From Candidatus Norongarragalina meridionalis (GTDB lineage Archaea > Micrarchaeota > Micrarchaeia > Norongarragalinales > Norongarragalinaceae), in NCBI GenBank assembly GCA_902384935.1, contig CABMDO010000019.1, forward strand, positions 31,087 to 95,086: DNA of 64,000 nucleotides, written 5' to 3'. Position 1 is the first letter of the stretch; the number at the start of each line of letters is the position of its first letter. This document shows positions 1-8,352 of the stretch, in pieces. The translations under genes were made by a program, and so were the position numbers. The notes under the pieces were generated by a model, which had not been told where the DNA came from, did not search any database, and saw nothing but the letters and a program-made list of their open reading frames with translations.

Positions 1-1046
1 AAGGTCCAAGCCAAGCTCCTTCGCCTTGCCGATTGCTCTTGCCAGTTCCTCGCCGCCGATCTCTTCCTCTTCCGACAACGCGAGCATCACGTACTTCGGC
101 TTGTCCGCCTTAGGAGTTTCGGGAGCGCCGTGGTTGCGGTGATAAAGGAGGAAGTCAAGTTCCGCTTTCCCTTCCTTCTTCACTCCGGGTATTGCCAGAA
201 TGAAGGTTTTCTTCACGCCGTGCGCGACGCGGATGGCGCGCGCCCATTCGCTTATGAGCATGCGCGCATCCCTCGGAAAGACGTGAATCACGTGCTTGGA
301 GTGCATCCACTCCCCGGTATCGAGCGCAGGGGACGCACCGGGGAAGTAAAGGCGGAAATGCGTGCCGAACTTGAAACCCGTTTTAACTACGAAACCGCGC
401 AGACGCAAGTCTTCGTAAACGTCGTAAAGCGCGGGGAAATCGGCGCGGCGCTTTTTGGCGTCGGCTTCGAGGCGCTTCTGCGTTATGTTGGTTTTGTAGC
501 CGCCGTGCTTCATCAGGAAAAGCGTTTCGTAGGCGTCGAGCTTCAGCAACCGTCCGTGCTTCTTGGACTTGTACGTTCCGTATTGCCCGAGCCAGTGGTC
601 GTTGTAAAGCGCCTGCCCTTCCTCATCGTCGTCGATTATGCTCATCAAATCGTCGTGGAAGAAAAGCCCGGTGGCGCGCACTTTGGGACAAGTGAAATCA
701 GCTGAAGGGTAACGAACTACGGGCGAGCGCCCATAATTCCCTTCGGCTTCGCCGATCGGCCTCGCTATCAAGCCGCGATCGCGCCAGTCGCGGTAGCAGA
801 AATAGCGCGCGAGGAATTTCTTTGAGTCGTACTTCGCGGCTAGCGCGTTGAACGAAACCGGCTTTTCCTTTGAAAAGCATTCGGCGTTGCGCACGTCCAT
901 TAGATAGAGCGCTTCCTCGGGCTGCAGCTCGAGTTTGTCCTTTTTCCCGTTGTGGCTGGAACCGAAGAAGCTCGTGTTCAGCGACTGCGTCGACGCGCAA
1001 TCGCTCGCGATGATGAGCTTTCCTTCGAGCTCGAACTGCACTGCCA
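1..1046 (-). CDS. endA: tRNA-splicing endonuclease, multi-unit form (3-prime/C-terminal part runs off the window)
   Basis: The ORF is open to the window edge, so it is absent from the ORF track. My translation from the ATG at 1046 reads MAVQFELEGKLIIASD... It has a degenerate first EndA-like unit (YFCYRDWRDRGLIARP). The second unit carries catalytic signatures: YEDLRLRGFVVKTGFKFGTHFRLYFPG...HSKHVIHVF...AHGVKKTFILA. The ORF then continues (LYHRNHG...GKAKELGLDL) past position 1. Confidence 0.8.
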
Positions 1047-1093
1047 TAATACGTATTTAAAGTAAGTCGCGGTTTAAAACGTGGTGGGGTTAC

Positions 1094-1627
1094 ATGGCTG
1101 ACGTTGTTCTCGACAGGGAGTCGTTCAGGGCGCTTTCGAGCGAAACGCGCGTCGCGATTCTCAAGAAACTCATGGAAAGGCGGATGACCGCCACCGAGCT
1201 GGCGAAGGATTTGAAAATAACCGCCCAGGCCGCTTCGGAGCATCTGCGAAAAATGGAGAAGGCGGGCATGGTTGTTCCCGCGAAACACAGCAAATGGGTT
1301 TACTTCGAACTTACGGAAAAGGGCAGGGCCGTTCTTGAGCCGGGAACAACTAAGCTTTTCGTTCTGCTGGCGGTATCCCTTATCGCGGTGGGATGGAGCA
1401 CGATGCGGCTGTTCTTCACCGAGCATATCGCGCAGGGGCCCGTACCCGCGCCGATAATCACCGGCGTGGAGGATGCCGGAAGGACGTTGGCTGCGACCTC
1501 CGCCGAAAAGGCGGCGAATACCTTCGCGTCTCAGGCGCCCGCAGGCGGGTTCGAAGCGTTCATATTAGTGCTCGGCGCAATCGGCGTCGGATACGCGCTG
1601 GCGTCGATAATGCGGGGAAGGCGCTAG
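1094..1627 (+). CDS. ArsR-family winged-helix regulator with C-terminal transmembrane segments
   Basis: The N-terminus FRALSSETRVAILKKLMERRMTATELAKDLKITAQAASEHLRKMEKAGMV is a typical ArsR/SmtB wHTH. The C-terminal half has two hydrophobic helices (LFVLLAVSLIAVGW; FILVLGAIGVGYALASIM). Confidence 0.7.
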   Translation: MADVVLDRESFRALSSETRVAILKKLMERRMTATELAKDLKITAQAASEHLRKMEKAGMVVPAKHSKWVYFELTEKGRAVLEPGTTKLFVLLAVSLIAVGWSTMRLFFTEHIAQGPVPAPIITGVEDAGRTLAATSAEKAANTFASQAPAGGFEAFILVLGAIGVGYALASIMRGRR

Positions 1628-1633
1628 AGAGCA

Positions 1634-2479
1634 GTGGCGACAATGACGCAATATGCTGGTTTCGATGAGGATACGACTAAAACACTTATCGAGGCGCTTA
1701 ATTTTACTAGAAGCCGCTTTGCTGAAAAACTCAAAGATAAACTAACGAAATTAGGTCCCGCGTATGTTAGCATTGTAAAAGAAGAAGCGCGACAGACGCT
1801 TCAAACGCTTAAGAATGCGCAAGAAATTGTCGAAACGAATATGGATAGACTATACGAAAGCAACGATGAAGAACAAAAAAAGTTAATGAACATCCTTGCA
1901 AGTACGCTACGATTCTATTTGTTAGATCTCCAAAATACTGCTAAAACTGAAAACTCTGCTACAATCGAAAGGAAGATGGAAGAGGTTAATCGGGTTTTAT
2001 TGCTGAAAACTTTTGAGAACGCTAAAGGCGATCTGTTTCTTAGGTATAGCCGAGTTGAACTGCCAAGTGAACCGGATAAAATGCTAGTATTTGTGTGTTA
2101 CAAAGCGTCTGAAGACAAGGAACTCGCAGGTAGATTGAAAACATTATTCGAAAGGGAAGGAGAGGTATCCGCTTTTGTCGCACACGACGATATCCGAGTT
2201 GGTGAAAATTGGGCACACGAGATAAGGAAAAATCTCGGGCAAGCCTGTGCTTTTGTGCCGCTAATCACTAAGAATTTCAAAGAAAGTTTTTGGACAAATC
2301 AAGAAACAGGTTTTGCTGAAGGAAGAGGAACGGAAATATATCCCATAATAATTGATGGGGAACTTCCGGGGTTTCTAGCAGAACGGCAAGGAGAGCACGC
2401 AACTTTAGACAAACTAGAAGACGCTGTAAAAAAAATTCTTGAACGCGTTAAGCATAGCAGGAATAAGCGAGGTAGTTAG
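1634..2479 (+). CDS. TIR-domain protein with alpha-helical N-terminal region
   Basis: The C-terminal ~130 aa reads MLVFVCYKASEDKELAGRLKTLFEREGEVSAFVAHDDIRVGENWAHEIRKNLGQACAFVPLITKNFKESFWTNQETGFA. This matches the TIR pattern (F[IV]SY..D..A..L...L...G..vF.D..I..G..W...I......FvpLit..f..S.W...E). The gene is visibly AT-richer than both flanks. Start is GTG 1634 or ATG 1643. Confidence 0.65.
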   Translation: MATMTQYAGFDEDTTKTLIEALNFTRSRFAEKLKDKLTKLGPAYVSIVKEEARQTLQTLKNAQEIVETNMDRLYESNDEEQKKLMNILASTLRFYLLDLQNTAKTENSATIERKMEEVNRVLLLKTFENAKGDLFLRYSRVELPSEPDKMLVFVCYKASEDKELAGRLKTLFEREGEVSAFVAHDDIRVGENWAHEIRKNLGQACAFVPLITKNFKESFWTNQETGFAEGRGTEIYPIIIDGELPGFLAERQGEHATLDKLEDAVKKILERVKHSRNKRGS

Positions 2480-2480
2480 C

Positions 2481-3599
2481 ATGCGCATCCTGATGCTGAA
2501 CCCGTTCTTTTTTCCTTATACGGGCGGAACGGAAAAGCATCTTCTCGAGGTTTCGAAGCGGCTCGCGCGGAAGCACGACGTCACCGTACTTACCGCTCGG
2601 CTGCCGAATACCGAAGCTCAGGAGGAGATAAACGGGGTATGCGTCGTGCGAACGCCTGCGCGGATTCTCGAAAACCTTCCGAAGCCCCTTCCGCCGCCGC
2701 TTCCCCTGATGCCGAAGCATAAGGAAGAATTGAAGCGATTAATCGCGGAGAACGACGTCGTGCACGGACACAATCGTTTCGTCTACGGCTTGAGCGAGAG
2801 CGCGCTTGCAAAGAAGATGGGCAGGAAGATGTGCTGGACGCTGCACAACGCGCGGCCCGAGGGCATAAACTTCCTGACGGACGTGGGCGGACAGGCGTTC
2901 GACGATTTGGTCGGAAGGCGGATTCTTAAGAGATGCGACGGCGTGCTCGCGGTAAGCAAGGCTACGATGGAGGCGACGCTGCCGCACGACTATGCGGGTG
3001 CGCGCGGAATCGCGTATAACGGCGTGGATACGAAGACGTTCAAGCCGATGAACGCGAAAACAATGCGCGAGCGGTTCGGGCTCCGCGGAAAAGTCGTGAT
3101 GACGAACTGCCGCCTCGTCGAGCAGAAGGGAATAAAATACCTGATTGATGCGATGCGCGGGATTGATGCGCAGCTCGTTGTTTTCGGGCGCGGCCCGCTG
3201 CTGGAAAAGCTGAAGAAGCGCGCCGAGGGAACCGACGCCGTTTTTATTTACGAGCACCTGAGCGACGCGGAACTCGCTGCGTTGTACGCCGCGTGCGACG
3301 TGTTCGTGCTTCCGTCGCTCTGGGAACCGTTCGGCATGGTTCTCGCTGAAGCGATGGCGTGCGGAAAGCCCGTGATAGGCACGAGAGTGGGGGGGATTCC
3401 CGAGATAGTGACGAAGGATTGCGGATTCCTCGCGCCGCCCGCGGATTCGAAGGCGCTCGCGGAAAGGCTTTTATTGCTTCTCGGCGACAACGGTTTGCGA
3501 AAGCGCATGGGAAGCGCAGGAAGGAGGCACGTGCTGCGGGAGTTCACGTGGGAAAAAACCGCGGCTGCTTACGAAAAAATCTACGGTGAAATCTCTTGA
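2481..3599 (+). CDS. Glycosyltransferase family 4 (GT-B fold)
   Basis: MRILMLNPFFFPYTGGTEKHLLEVSKRLA...; C-terminal EPFGMVLAEAMACGKPVIGTRVGGIPEIV (the E-x7-E region of GT4). I trimmed the track ORF (2439) to the ATG at 2481, just after the upstream stop. Confidence 0.8.
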   Translation: MRILMLNPFFFPYTGGTEKHLLEVSKRLARKHDVTVLTARLPNTEAQEEINGVCVVRTPARILENLPKPLPPPLPLMPKHKEELKRLIAENDVVHGHNRFVYGLSESALAKKMGRKMCWTLHNARPEGINFLTDVGGQAFDDLVGRRILKRCDGVLAVSKATMEATLPHDYAGARGIAYNGVDTKTFKPMNAKTMRERFGLRGKVVMTNCRLVEQKGIKYLIDAMRGIDAQLVVFGRGPLLEKLKKRAEGTDAVFIYEHLSDAELAALYAACDVFVLPSLWEPFGMVLAEAMACGKPVIGTRVGGIPEIVTKDCGFLAPPADSKALAERLLLLLGDNGLRKRMGSAGRRHVLREFTWEKTAAAYEKIYGEIS

Positions 3600-4018
3600 C
3601 AAGACCCTCGTTCGACGAATACTTCATGAAAATCGCGGACGTAGTGGCCGAGCGCGCCACGTGCCCGCGCAAGAAGGTGGGCGCGGTTATCGCGCGCAAC
3701 AGGCACATCATAGCGACGGGATACAACGGGGCGCCTAAAGGGCTGCCGCACTGCGACGAGGACGGCTGCCAGATGGTGAACGGGCACTGCGTGCGCACCA
3801 CCCACGCGGAACAGAACGCGGTTATCCAGTGCGCGCTGCACGGAGTCTCCTCCGACGGCGCCACGCTTTATACTACTGCGGGCCCCTGCCTGACGTGCGC
3901 GAAGATAATAGTCAACGCGGGAATCAAGCGCGTCGTGTTCAAGGAAAAATACGGCGAGCCCGAGGCGCTCGAACTTTTCGGGAAGGCGGGCGTGGAAGTC
4001 GTCGAGGGAATCAAATGA
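3596..4018 (+). CDS. dCMP (deoxycytidylate) deaminase
   Basis: Zinc motifs HAEQNA and PCLTCAKIIVNAGI; FMKIADVVAERATCPRKKVGAVI; about 140 aa. TTG start overlaps the GT4 stop. Confidence 0.85.
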   Translation: MTRPSFDEYFMKIADVVAERATCPRKKVGAVIARNRHIIATGYNGAPKGLPHCDEDGCQMVNGHCVRTTHAEQNAVIQCALHGVSSDGATLYTTAGPCLTCAKIIVNAGIKRVVFKEKYGEPEALELFGKAGVEVVEGIK

Positions 4019-5517
4019 GGAAGGACGTCCTCGTTCTCGTCACGGCGCTCGTGTTCGGCGCGCTGTTCTTCCTGTTCGCGTTCTCGGATCTCGACAATCT
4101 CGTGAAGGCGGTCGCGCTTCTTTCCGACCTGTTTCTCTGCGGCGTGATTCTCAAGCGGCTTACGGGCGTCGAGGGGTATTACGGGCTAATCATCGTCCGC
4201 GGATTGGCGGGATTCAGGGCGATGCGCTACATCGCGGACCATTACGCGGAAACGTGCAGGAAAATCGCCGACGCGGGGCTGAGCATCGGGTTCGGCGCGT
4301 TCTACGCTTATTACGTGTTCGGGAAAAAGAAAATCCTCTGGCACCTCGCGGCTATCGGGCTGTTCTTCGCTTTCTTCTGGTTCATACAGAACACCGCGGG
4401 ATTCGCGGTGATGACGAGCGCCCTCTTCTTCGCGGTGGGCATCGCGCTCGGGCTTTTCGGCCTGGGATTGATGTTCATAATGCAGCACGCGTACAACGTG
4501 CTCACCGTTTCCGGCACGCCGCCGGGCATAACGCTGCTGATTCCGGGCGTCACGGTGCCGTGGGAAACCCTGCCCGCGATAATCATAATAGCCACGGTGC
4601 ATGAAATCGCGCACGGCGTGATGTGCAACATCGAAAGGATAAAACTCAAATCATCGGGCGCGATGCTCTTCGGCTTCCTGCCGATAGGCGCTTTCGTCGA
4701 GCCCGACGAGGCGAGCATGAAGCGCGCCGCGATACACAAGCGCCGCCGCGTGCTCGTCGCCGGCAGCACGTCGAACATCCTGTTCTTCTTCGTTTTTCTC
4801 GGGCTCACGCTCGGCGCAACCGCGATACTGCAGACTACTGTGCAGGCTGTGGAGGTAGACAACGCGTCCTACGGGACGCTGACGCACGGCGAGCGCGTGC
4901 TGACGATGAACGGCGCTCCCGTGAAAATGGCGAAGGACTTGGACGCGCCGCTTTATTCCGGAGTGCTGATGGCGAACCTCACGACGAGCCTGGGCGAAAA
5001 AAGCGTCATGCTGGGATACGTCGAAGTATCATCGGTGACTAAGGGCAGGCCCGCATACGGCGTGCTGCAGAAGGGAGACCTCATCTATTCGATAAACGGC
5101 ATAACCGTGGATTCGCTGAAAACCATGGAGGACGCGTCCGCGGGAAAGAAGGCGGGCGACTCCGTCGTGCTGGGAACCGACCGCGGCACGATGCGCGTGC
5201 CCTACGATGAAAACGGCAAGATGGGCGTGGAGCTCACGGCGAAGAAGGCGGTGAACTTCAAAGACGTGCCGACCAACGACGCCGCGTACGCGCTGATGAC
5301 GCTCATCGTCGCGGTGCTCGGCTTCACCTACGTCTTGAATTTCCTGCTCGCGCTCTTCAATCTCCTGCCGTTGTTCATAACCGACGGGCACCAGATAGTG
5401 CTCGGGGACGCGGTCGCGAGGTTCGGCGAGAAAAAAGGAAGGAGGATCGCGCTCGCCATCGCACTGGGAACGCTGCTGATTCTCGCGATAAACGGGCTGC
5501 CGTGGTTCATACACTAA
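4015..5517 (+). CDS. Site-2 protease family (M50) membrane metalloprotease with PDZ domain
   Basis: HExxH (VHEIAHGVMC) in a TM helix and NLLPLFITDGHQIV (the NxxPxxxDG motif). A central soluble PDZ-like segment (GVLQKGDLIYSINGITV) is present, with multiple TM helices. ATG 4015 overlaps the upstream stop (ATGA); the Arg-rich N-extension in the track ORF was rejected. Confidence 0.8.
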   Translation: MRKDVLVLVTALVFGALFFLFAFSDLDNLVKAVALLSDLFLCGVILKRLTGVEGYYGLIIVRGLAGFRAMRYIADHYAETCRKIADAGLSIGFGAFYAYYVFGKKKILWHLAAIGLFFAFFWFIQNTAGFAVMTSALFFAVGIALGLFGLGLMFIMQHAYNVLTVSGTPPGITLLIPGVTVPWETLPAIIIIATVHEIAHGVMCNIERIKLKSSGAMLFGFLPIGAFVEPDEASMKRAAIHKRRRVLVAGSTSNILFFFVFLGLTLGATAILQTTVQAVEVDNASYGTLTHGERVLTMNGAPVKMAKDLDAPLYSGVLMANLTTSLGEKSVMLGYVEVSSVTKGRPAYGVLQKGDLIYSINGITVDSLKTMEDASAGKKAGDSVVLGTDRGTMRVPYDENGKMGVELTAKKAVNFKDVPTNDAAYALMTLIVAVLGFTYVLNFLLALFNLLPLFITDGHQIVLGDAVARFGEKKGRRIALAIALGTLLILAINGLPWFIH

Positions 5518-5557
5518 ATTAAAAAACTCGGCACGCGTTACGCGTTCGGGGTGTTTC

Positions 5558-5944
5558 ATGATGTTCAAGAGAATCGTCCAAAAAGCCAGGCACGTTTCGA
5601 ACAGGATAGTAGGCGTTTTCCGCCAGCGCCCCGAGATCCAAGTCGCGGGATTGCGCGAGGGCGACACCGCGTTAAAGGAATCCATCGAGGAGGAATGCCG
5701 AAAAACGCTCGGAAAAATCCGCAAGATGTTCAACGAGGCGGATGGAATCGAAATTTACGTGAAGGCGACGGGCGAAGGGAAGCAGCGGCTTTACGAGCTG
5801 AAGGGCACGCTGTTCACGGGCCGCGGGGAGATGCACGCCTCCGCCGAGGGCAGGGAGCTCTACGGCGCGCTCACGCGCGTGCTTTACGAATTCGAGAACG
5901 AAGCGCGTAGGGCGAAAAGCTGGAAAAATGACAAACGTTTATAA
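5558..5944 (+). CDS. Ribosome hibernation factor-like (HPF/RaiA, S30AE family-like) protein
   Basis: EIQVAGLREGDTALKESIEEECRKTLGKIRK...IEIYVKATGEG...YELKGTLFTGRGEMHASAEGRELYGALTRVLYEFENEARRAK follows the beta-alpha-beta-beta-beta-alpha HPF/YfiA pattern by eye. No HMM was run. Confidence 0.5.
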   Translation: MMFKRIVQKARHVSNRIVGVFRQRPEIQVAGLREGDTALKESIEEECRKTLGKIRKMFNEADGIEIYVKATGEGKQRLYELKGTLFTGRGEMHASAEGRELYGALTRVLYEFENEARRAKSWKNDKRL

Positions 5945-5971
5945 AGCGAAAGAAGCAGATTCTAGTAGAGG

Positions 5972-6811
5972 GTGATGCTGCATATGAAGAAAAGAGGACA
6001 GTACGGACAGCCGTCGTCGTCTTTCGGGGAAAGCGTAATCCCACTGGTACTGATACTGATACTCGCGATATTCATCGCGGGCAAGTTCGGCTTGGTCGAT
6101 ATGCACAGCATCCCGCTTATCGGCGGACTGTTCCCCGCGCCTTACCTCAAGGTAATGGTGGTGGGGCAGGCATCCACCGGATTGCTGGCGCTGCTGACGG
6201 CCGAGGATTACCGCGTCGCGGGGGTTTCGTATGCGGGTTCGATACCGCAGGAAGCCATCTACCCGGGCGTGTTCAATAACATCGACATAATCGTGCTCCA
6301 GAACGAGCGCGGCACGACGTGCGACCGCACGGCGCGCAAGACAATCGCGGACGCCGTCAAGGGCGGCAAGAAGCTGATCGTAATCGGCGACGCCTGTACG
6401 CGCGTGTCCGACGACCCGAACGCCCTCGGATGGGATATCGGAATCGGCTCGCTCGGCGACGTCATGCCCGTGCGCTACGGAGGGGTAATCGCCCACGAGC
6501 GCACCGGACAGGGATACATCTACGCCGACGGCAGGTTCAAGATAATCGCGCAGGACAACCCGATATTCAACGGAATCCTGAACTTCGGATTCACCGGCAA
6601 GCTGATAAGCGTGTTCCCGAACGCCAACTCGAACGTGCTCGCGTACGTGGACATGTACGGCGGAAAGCCGACGTCTCCCGCGACCTACGCGATAGTCGAG
6701 AGCACGGGATTCATGAACGGCAAGACGCTGTACTTCGCCTTCGACCCGTCGACCACGAGCAGGAACATGTTCCTGAACTCGCTGCTCTACGTCAAGAACG
6801 CGAAGGGTTGA
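5972..6811 (+). CDS. Membrane-anchored hypothetical protein (N-terminal TM helix, extracytoplasmic alpha/beta domain)
   Basis: Signal-anchor VIPLVLILILAIFIAG; normal codon/aa composition; followed by a hairpin plus T-tract. No family recognised. Confidence 0.5.
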   Translation: MMLHMKKRGQYGQPSSSFGESVIPLVLILILAIFIAGKFGLVDMHSIPLIGGLFPAPYLKVMVVGQASTGLLALLTAEDYRVAGVSYAGSIPQEAIYPGVFNNIDIIVLQNERGTTCDRTARKTIADAVKGGKKLIVIGDACTRVSDDPNALGWDIGIGSLGDVMPVRYGGVIAHERTGQGYIYADGRFKIIAQDNPIFNGILNFGFTGKLISVFPNANSNVLAYVDMYGGKPTSPATYAIVESTGFMNGKTLYFAFDPSTTSRNMFLNSLLYVKNAKG

Positions 6812-6834
6812 ACGAAAACTTTTTTTCGTTTTTC
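6811..6834 (+). terminator. Hairpin plus T-tract after the 5972..6811 CDS
   Basis: AACGAAAA (6811-6818) pairs with TTTTCGTT (6823-6830), followed by TTTC. T-rich tracts are typical archaeal termination signals. Confidence 0.4.
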
Positions 6835-6856
6835 ATGCGGCTAGCTGAGCGGGGAT

Positions 6857-7321
6857 TTGACGCTCGCCGCAGCGAGCGTCGTGCAGGAGGGATGCCAAAC
6901 GATAATCAGTATTGACTCGGGCGCGACAACTGCGTTCGCCGCGCTCGACCTGGATGGCAAACTTCTTGCGATGGAAAGCAGGAAGAACTGGAACAAGGGC
7001 GACTTCCTCCGGCGGCTCGAAAAATGGACGCCGCTCGTGGTTGCCTCGGACACCAACCCGCCCTTGAGGTTCGCAAAGAAGGTTGCGACGACGTTCAAAG
7101 CCCGGCTTTTCGCTCCGCCCCGTTCCCTCACGCATCGGGAAAAATGCCGCATTACCGCGCCCTACAACTACGGCAACACGCACGAGCGCGACGCGCTCGC
7201 AGCCGCCTTGAAGGCGTACAACACCACCGCCGCGAACAAGATGCGGCAGGTAAAGCGCAGGTTCGGCTCGCGGGAGGCGCAGGAAAGGGTAATGCGAGGG
7301 GAGAGAATGGCATCGCTTTAA
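6857..7321 (+). CDS. DUF460-like RNase H-fold protein (short form)
   Basis: IISIDSGATTAFAALDLDGKLLAMESRKNWNKGDFLRRLEKWTPLVVASDTNPPLRFAKKVATTFKARLFAP matches the N-terminal RuvC/YqgF-like module of archaeal DUF460 proteins as I remember them. TTG start is uncertain. Confidence 0.5.
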   Translation: MTLAAASVVQEGCQTIISIDSGATTAFAALDLDGKLLAMESRKNWNKGDFLRRLEKWTPLVVASDTNPPLRFAKKVATTFKARLFAPPRSLTHREKCRITAPYNYGNTHERDALAAALKAYNTTAANKMRQVKRRFGSREAQERVMRGERMASL

Positions 7322-7360
7322 AAAAGCCCGCTCCCTATAATTGGACAGGGTGACTTCTTT

Positions 7361-7543
7361 ATGGCCATCAAGTTAGACATAGCCAAGTGCATCGGGTGCG
7401 GCACCTGCGTCAAGGTGTGCCCCATGAACATATACGAACTCAAGGGAAAGAAAACCCACGTCAAGGAAGGGGCGGAGAAGGACTGCATCCAGTGCCACGC
7501 CTGCGAGGCGAACTGCCCCGTCAAGTGCATTACTATAGAATGA
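7361..7543 (+). CDS. 2x[4Fe-4S] ferredoxin
   Basis: Two CxxCxxCxxxCP motifs: CIGCGTCVKVCP and CIQCHACEANCP; 60 aa. Confidence 0.85.
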   Translation: MAIKLDIAKCIGCGTCVKVCPMNIYELKGKKTHVKEGAEKDCIQCHACEANCPVKCITIE

Positions 7544-7552
7544 GGTGACGCG

Positions 7553-7837
7553 ATGGACGAAGCGCCCGAAAAACGGGACGACACGGTGTACGTAGGCAAG
7601 AAGGAGCTGATGGTGTACGTCCTGGCGGTTGTTTCCAGGCTGAACGAGGGCAGGGACGTGCGCATCAAGGCGCGCGGCAAGGCGATTTCCAGCGCGGTGG
7701 ACATCACGCAGATAGTGAAGAACAAGTTCTACTCGACGCTGCAGGTGAAATCGTTCGACATAACTACCGAAGATCTGACGGGCGAGGACGGGACGCGCAG
7801 GAAGGTTTCGAGCGTCCTGCTCGTAGTCGGAAAATAG
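7553..7837 (+). CDS. albA: Alba (Sac10b) DNA/RNA-binding protein
   Basis: VYVGKKELMVYVLAVVSRLNEGRDVRIKARGKAISSAVDITQIV... is typical Alba; 94 aa. Confidence 0.85.
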   Translation: MDEAPEKRDDTVYVGKKELMVYVLAVVSRLNEGRDVRIKARGKAISSAVDITQIVKNKFYSTLQVKSFDITTEDLTGEDGTRRKVSSVLLVVGK

Positions 7838-7860
7838 TTAAATCCCCGCCCGCATTTTAG

Positions 7861-8346
7861 GTGCTTATGAAGACGCCGATATGCGAATCGTGCCTTGCGA
7901 CGGGCTCGCTGTGCGCGGGCTGCGAGGCGCGGCGCTCTTCGGGAGAGATAACCGAGGCTGACGTCGCCGTCGCACGCAAGCTGTACGAGCTCGGCGCGAC
8001 GGCGGGTTTCACGCGCGCCGAGGAAAAGGGGGGGCTCGTCGTGATAATCACGAAGGAGCCGTCCGCGGTGATCGGTCGCGGCGGAAGGAACGTCCTGGCG
8101 CTGAACGCGGCGCTCGGGAAGAAGATAAAGGTCGTGAACGAAAACGCGGGGGCGCACGAAAAGGCGGCGGAAATCCTGCTGCCGGCAAAGCTGCTCGGCA
8201 TAAACAAGGTTTTCAAAGCGGGCGGAGAGGAATACCGCGTGCGCGTGCAGAAGAAGGACATGCCCCGCCTGCCAGCGAACCTGCACGTCCTGAACGAGCT
8301 GCTGTCGGAAATGCTCGGCGGAAAAACGGAAATGAAATTCGAGTGA
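7861..8346 (+). CDS. Zinc-ribbon plus NusA-like KH-domain RNA-binding protein
   Basis: N-terminal CESC...CAGC followed by the KH GXXG motif (VIGRGGRNVLALNAALGKKIKVV). Start is GTG 7861 or ATG 7867. Confidence 0.55.
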   Translation: MLMKTPICESCLATGSLCAGCEARRSSGEITEADVAVARKLYELGATAGFTRAEEKGGLVVIITKEPSAVIGRGGRNVLALNAALGKKIKVVNENAGAHEKAAEILLPAKLLGINKVFKAGGEEYRVRVQKKDMPRLPANLHVLNELLSEMLGGKTEMKFE

Positions 8347-8352
8347 TGCAAT

